Of a stretch of DNA of 64,000 nucleotides, positions 62,800 through 64,000 are shown piece by piece; the stretch's first letter is position 1; each line of letters opens with the position of its first letter. This DNA comes from Candidatus Saccharimonadota bacterium (GTDB lineage Bacteria > Patescibacteriota > Saccharimonadia > Saccharimonadales > JAXHNE01), in NCBI GenBank assembly GCA_034520885.1, contig JAXHNE010000009.1, positions 66,431-130,430 of the forward strand, in the 5' to 3' direction. A program made the position numbers and the translations under genes. Below the pieces are notes generated by a model. That model had not been told where the DNA came from. It saw only the letters and a program-made list of their open reading frames with translations, and made no database searches.

Positions 62800-64000
62800 T
62801 TATTCCCTGGTGACCCGTAATATTTCCTCGATACTGGTCATGCCGATAGCGGCCTTGACCAGCCCGTCAACGTGCATGGTCACCATACCGTCCTTAATGG
62901 CCTGTTCCTGAATTTGATCGCTGGTGCCGTTGGCGACGATCAGTTTTTCGACTTCACTGGACACGTCCAGCACTTCGTAAATTCCCATACGGCCGCGGTA
63001 CCCGGTGTGGCTGTCCTTTAGGTCGTCTTTGGGTTTCCAAAAAGTGAGTTTTGAAGATTTGGGTTTATCGAAGGCTTTTCGCGCGTCGTCAATAGTGGCC
63101 ATAATCTTTTTCCAGTTATCGTCGTTTTTTATGCCGAAAGTCCGTTCTATCTCTTCCTTTTCCTTGGCGTCGGGTTCGTATTCTTCGCATTCTTCGGGGA
63201 CGATACGGCGTACCAGGCGTTGGCCGACCACTACGCGCACCACGGATGAAATTAAAAACGGCTCGATATTCATGTCCAAAAGTCGCGGCAAACAGGTGGC
63301 GGCGTTGTTGGTGTGCAGGGTGGAGAATACCAGGTGTCCGGTGAGCGCGGCCTGCACGCCCAGTCCGGCGGTTTCGCCGTCGCGAATCTCACCGACCATA
63401 ATGATGTTGGGGTCTTGGCGCAACAGCGCGCGCAAGCCGTTCACGAAGGTCATCCCGGCTTTGACGTTCACCTGGGTTTGGTTCACGCCCTCCAGGCGGT
63501 ATTCCACCGGATCTTCCACGGTAGAAATGTTAACATCCGGCTTATTCAAAATATTGAGCACACTGTGCAGCGTCGTGGACTTACCCGACCCCGTCGGACC
63601 GGTCACCAAAATCATGCCGTGCGGTTCCTTGATGGCTTTTTGAATGTTTTCCAACGCCAATCCCCAAAATCCGAGTTGCTCCAGGCTGAGCGGTTCGCTG
63701 GATTCGTCAAGGACGCGCATGACTACCTTTTCGCCGTCCTGAACGGGGAGGGTGGACACGCGAAACGCGAAAATTCGGCCGTTCATGGTGATTTTGAACC
63801 GTCCGTCCTGTGGGGCGCGGCGTTCGTCAATTTTTAAGTTGGACAAAATTTTAATGCGTGACACCAACGCGGCCAGCGTTTTCTTGGGTAACTTATTGGC
63901 TTCCCGTAAAACGCCGTCAATCCGGTAGCGAATTTGCACGTTGCCGTCCCGCGGTTCTATGTGAATGTCGCTGGCGTTGGATTTAATGGCGTATTCGATA
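62800..64000 (-). CDS. pilB: type IV pilus assembly ATPase PilB/GspE family (N-terminus outside window)
   Basis: ASDIHIEP (read upstream of the track ORF), VTGPTGSGKSTTL, Asp/His boxes; frame open to window edge. Confidence 0.92.
   Translation of the reverse strand, partial: IEYAIKSNASDIHIEPRDGNVQIRYRIDGVLREANKLPKKTLAALVSRIKILSNLKIDERRAPQDGRFKITMNGRIFAFRVSTLPVQDGEKVVMRVLDESSEPLSLEQLGFWGLALENIQKAIKEPHGMILVTGPTGSGKSTTLHSVLNILNKPDVNISTVEDPVEYRLEGVNQTQVNVKAGMTFVNGLRALLRQDPNIIMVGEIRDGETAGLGVQAALTGHLVFSTLHTNNAATCLPRLLDMNIEPFLISSVVRVVVGQRLVRRIVPEECEEYEPDAKEKEEIERTFGIKNDDNWKKIMATIDDARKAFDKPKSSKLTFWKPKDDLKDSHTGYRGRMGIYEVLDVSSEVEKLIVANGTSDQIQEQAIKDGMVTMHVDGLVKAAIGMTSIEEILRVTRE

Noticed and set aside
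1-64000. CRISPR arrays, rRNA genes, transposases or integrases
   Set aside because: I saw no regularly spaced short repeats and no rRNA-like segments. No ORF has recombinase or transposase motifs (for example tyrosine recombinase R..H..R..Y, or DDE).

Overview
This 64-kb window looks like part of a small, gene-dense genome. Gene content suggests a CPR/Patescibacteria-like, possibly Saccharibacteria-type, bacterium, but that is inference only.

The GC-richer backbone carries, in order:
- a partial P-type ATPase and a redox cluster (ArsR, glutaredoxin, DUF427, NOX-like ferric reductase)
- a DEAD-box helicase and guaA
- tilS-ftsH-murJ-lepA
- hrcA-grpE-orf-dnaK-(PIF1-like helicase)-dnaJ, with three CIRCE operators
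- a rimK cluster and yebC-ruvC-ruvA-(2 inserted genes)-ruvB
- a type IV pilus cluster (pilB partial, pilC, pilin, pilM/N/O)

There are three tRNAs: an initiator-like Met, an elongator-like Met and a Lys.

Two regions that look AT-richer by eye abut tRNA 3' ends: about 14.0-24.06 kb next to tRNA-fMet and about 46.0-52.3 kb next to tRNA-Lys. Both are built from short gene modules separated by decayed tRNA-3'-end-like fragments and shared junction motifs. No recombinase gene is visible in either.

The standout locus is at 21.5-23.4 kb. A free-standing, group-II-intron-like reverse transcriptase sits behind a promoter-proximal leader made of two 160-nt direct repeats exactly 384 nt (128 codons) apart.
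- The whole repeat unit is stop-free in one frame.
- Each repeat carries an 8-nt complement of the tRNA-Met 3' end.
- I interpret this as a candidate undescribed RT + ncRNA system, possibly template-jumping or concatemer-forming.

Other notable points:
- Promoter geometry implies pervasive leaderless mRNAs.
- dnaK and yebC carry a paralogous leader of about 100 nt.
- The dnaJ 5' end is eroded and sits next to a ghost copy of a helicase segment.
- There is an attenuator-like leader at 27.8 kb.
- There are two frameshifted genes and several dispersed palindromic or direct repeats.

All protein calls rest on motif recognition in the supplied translations. No database search was run.
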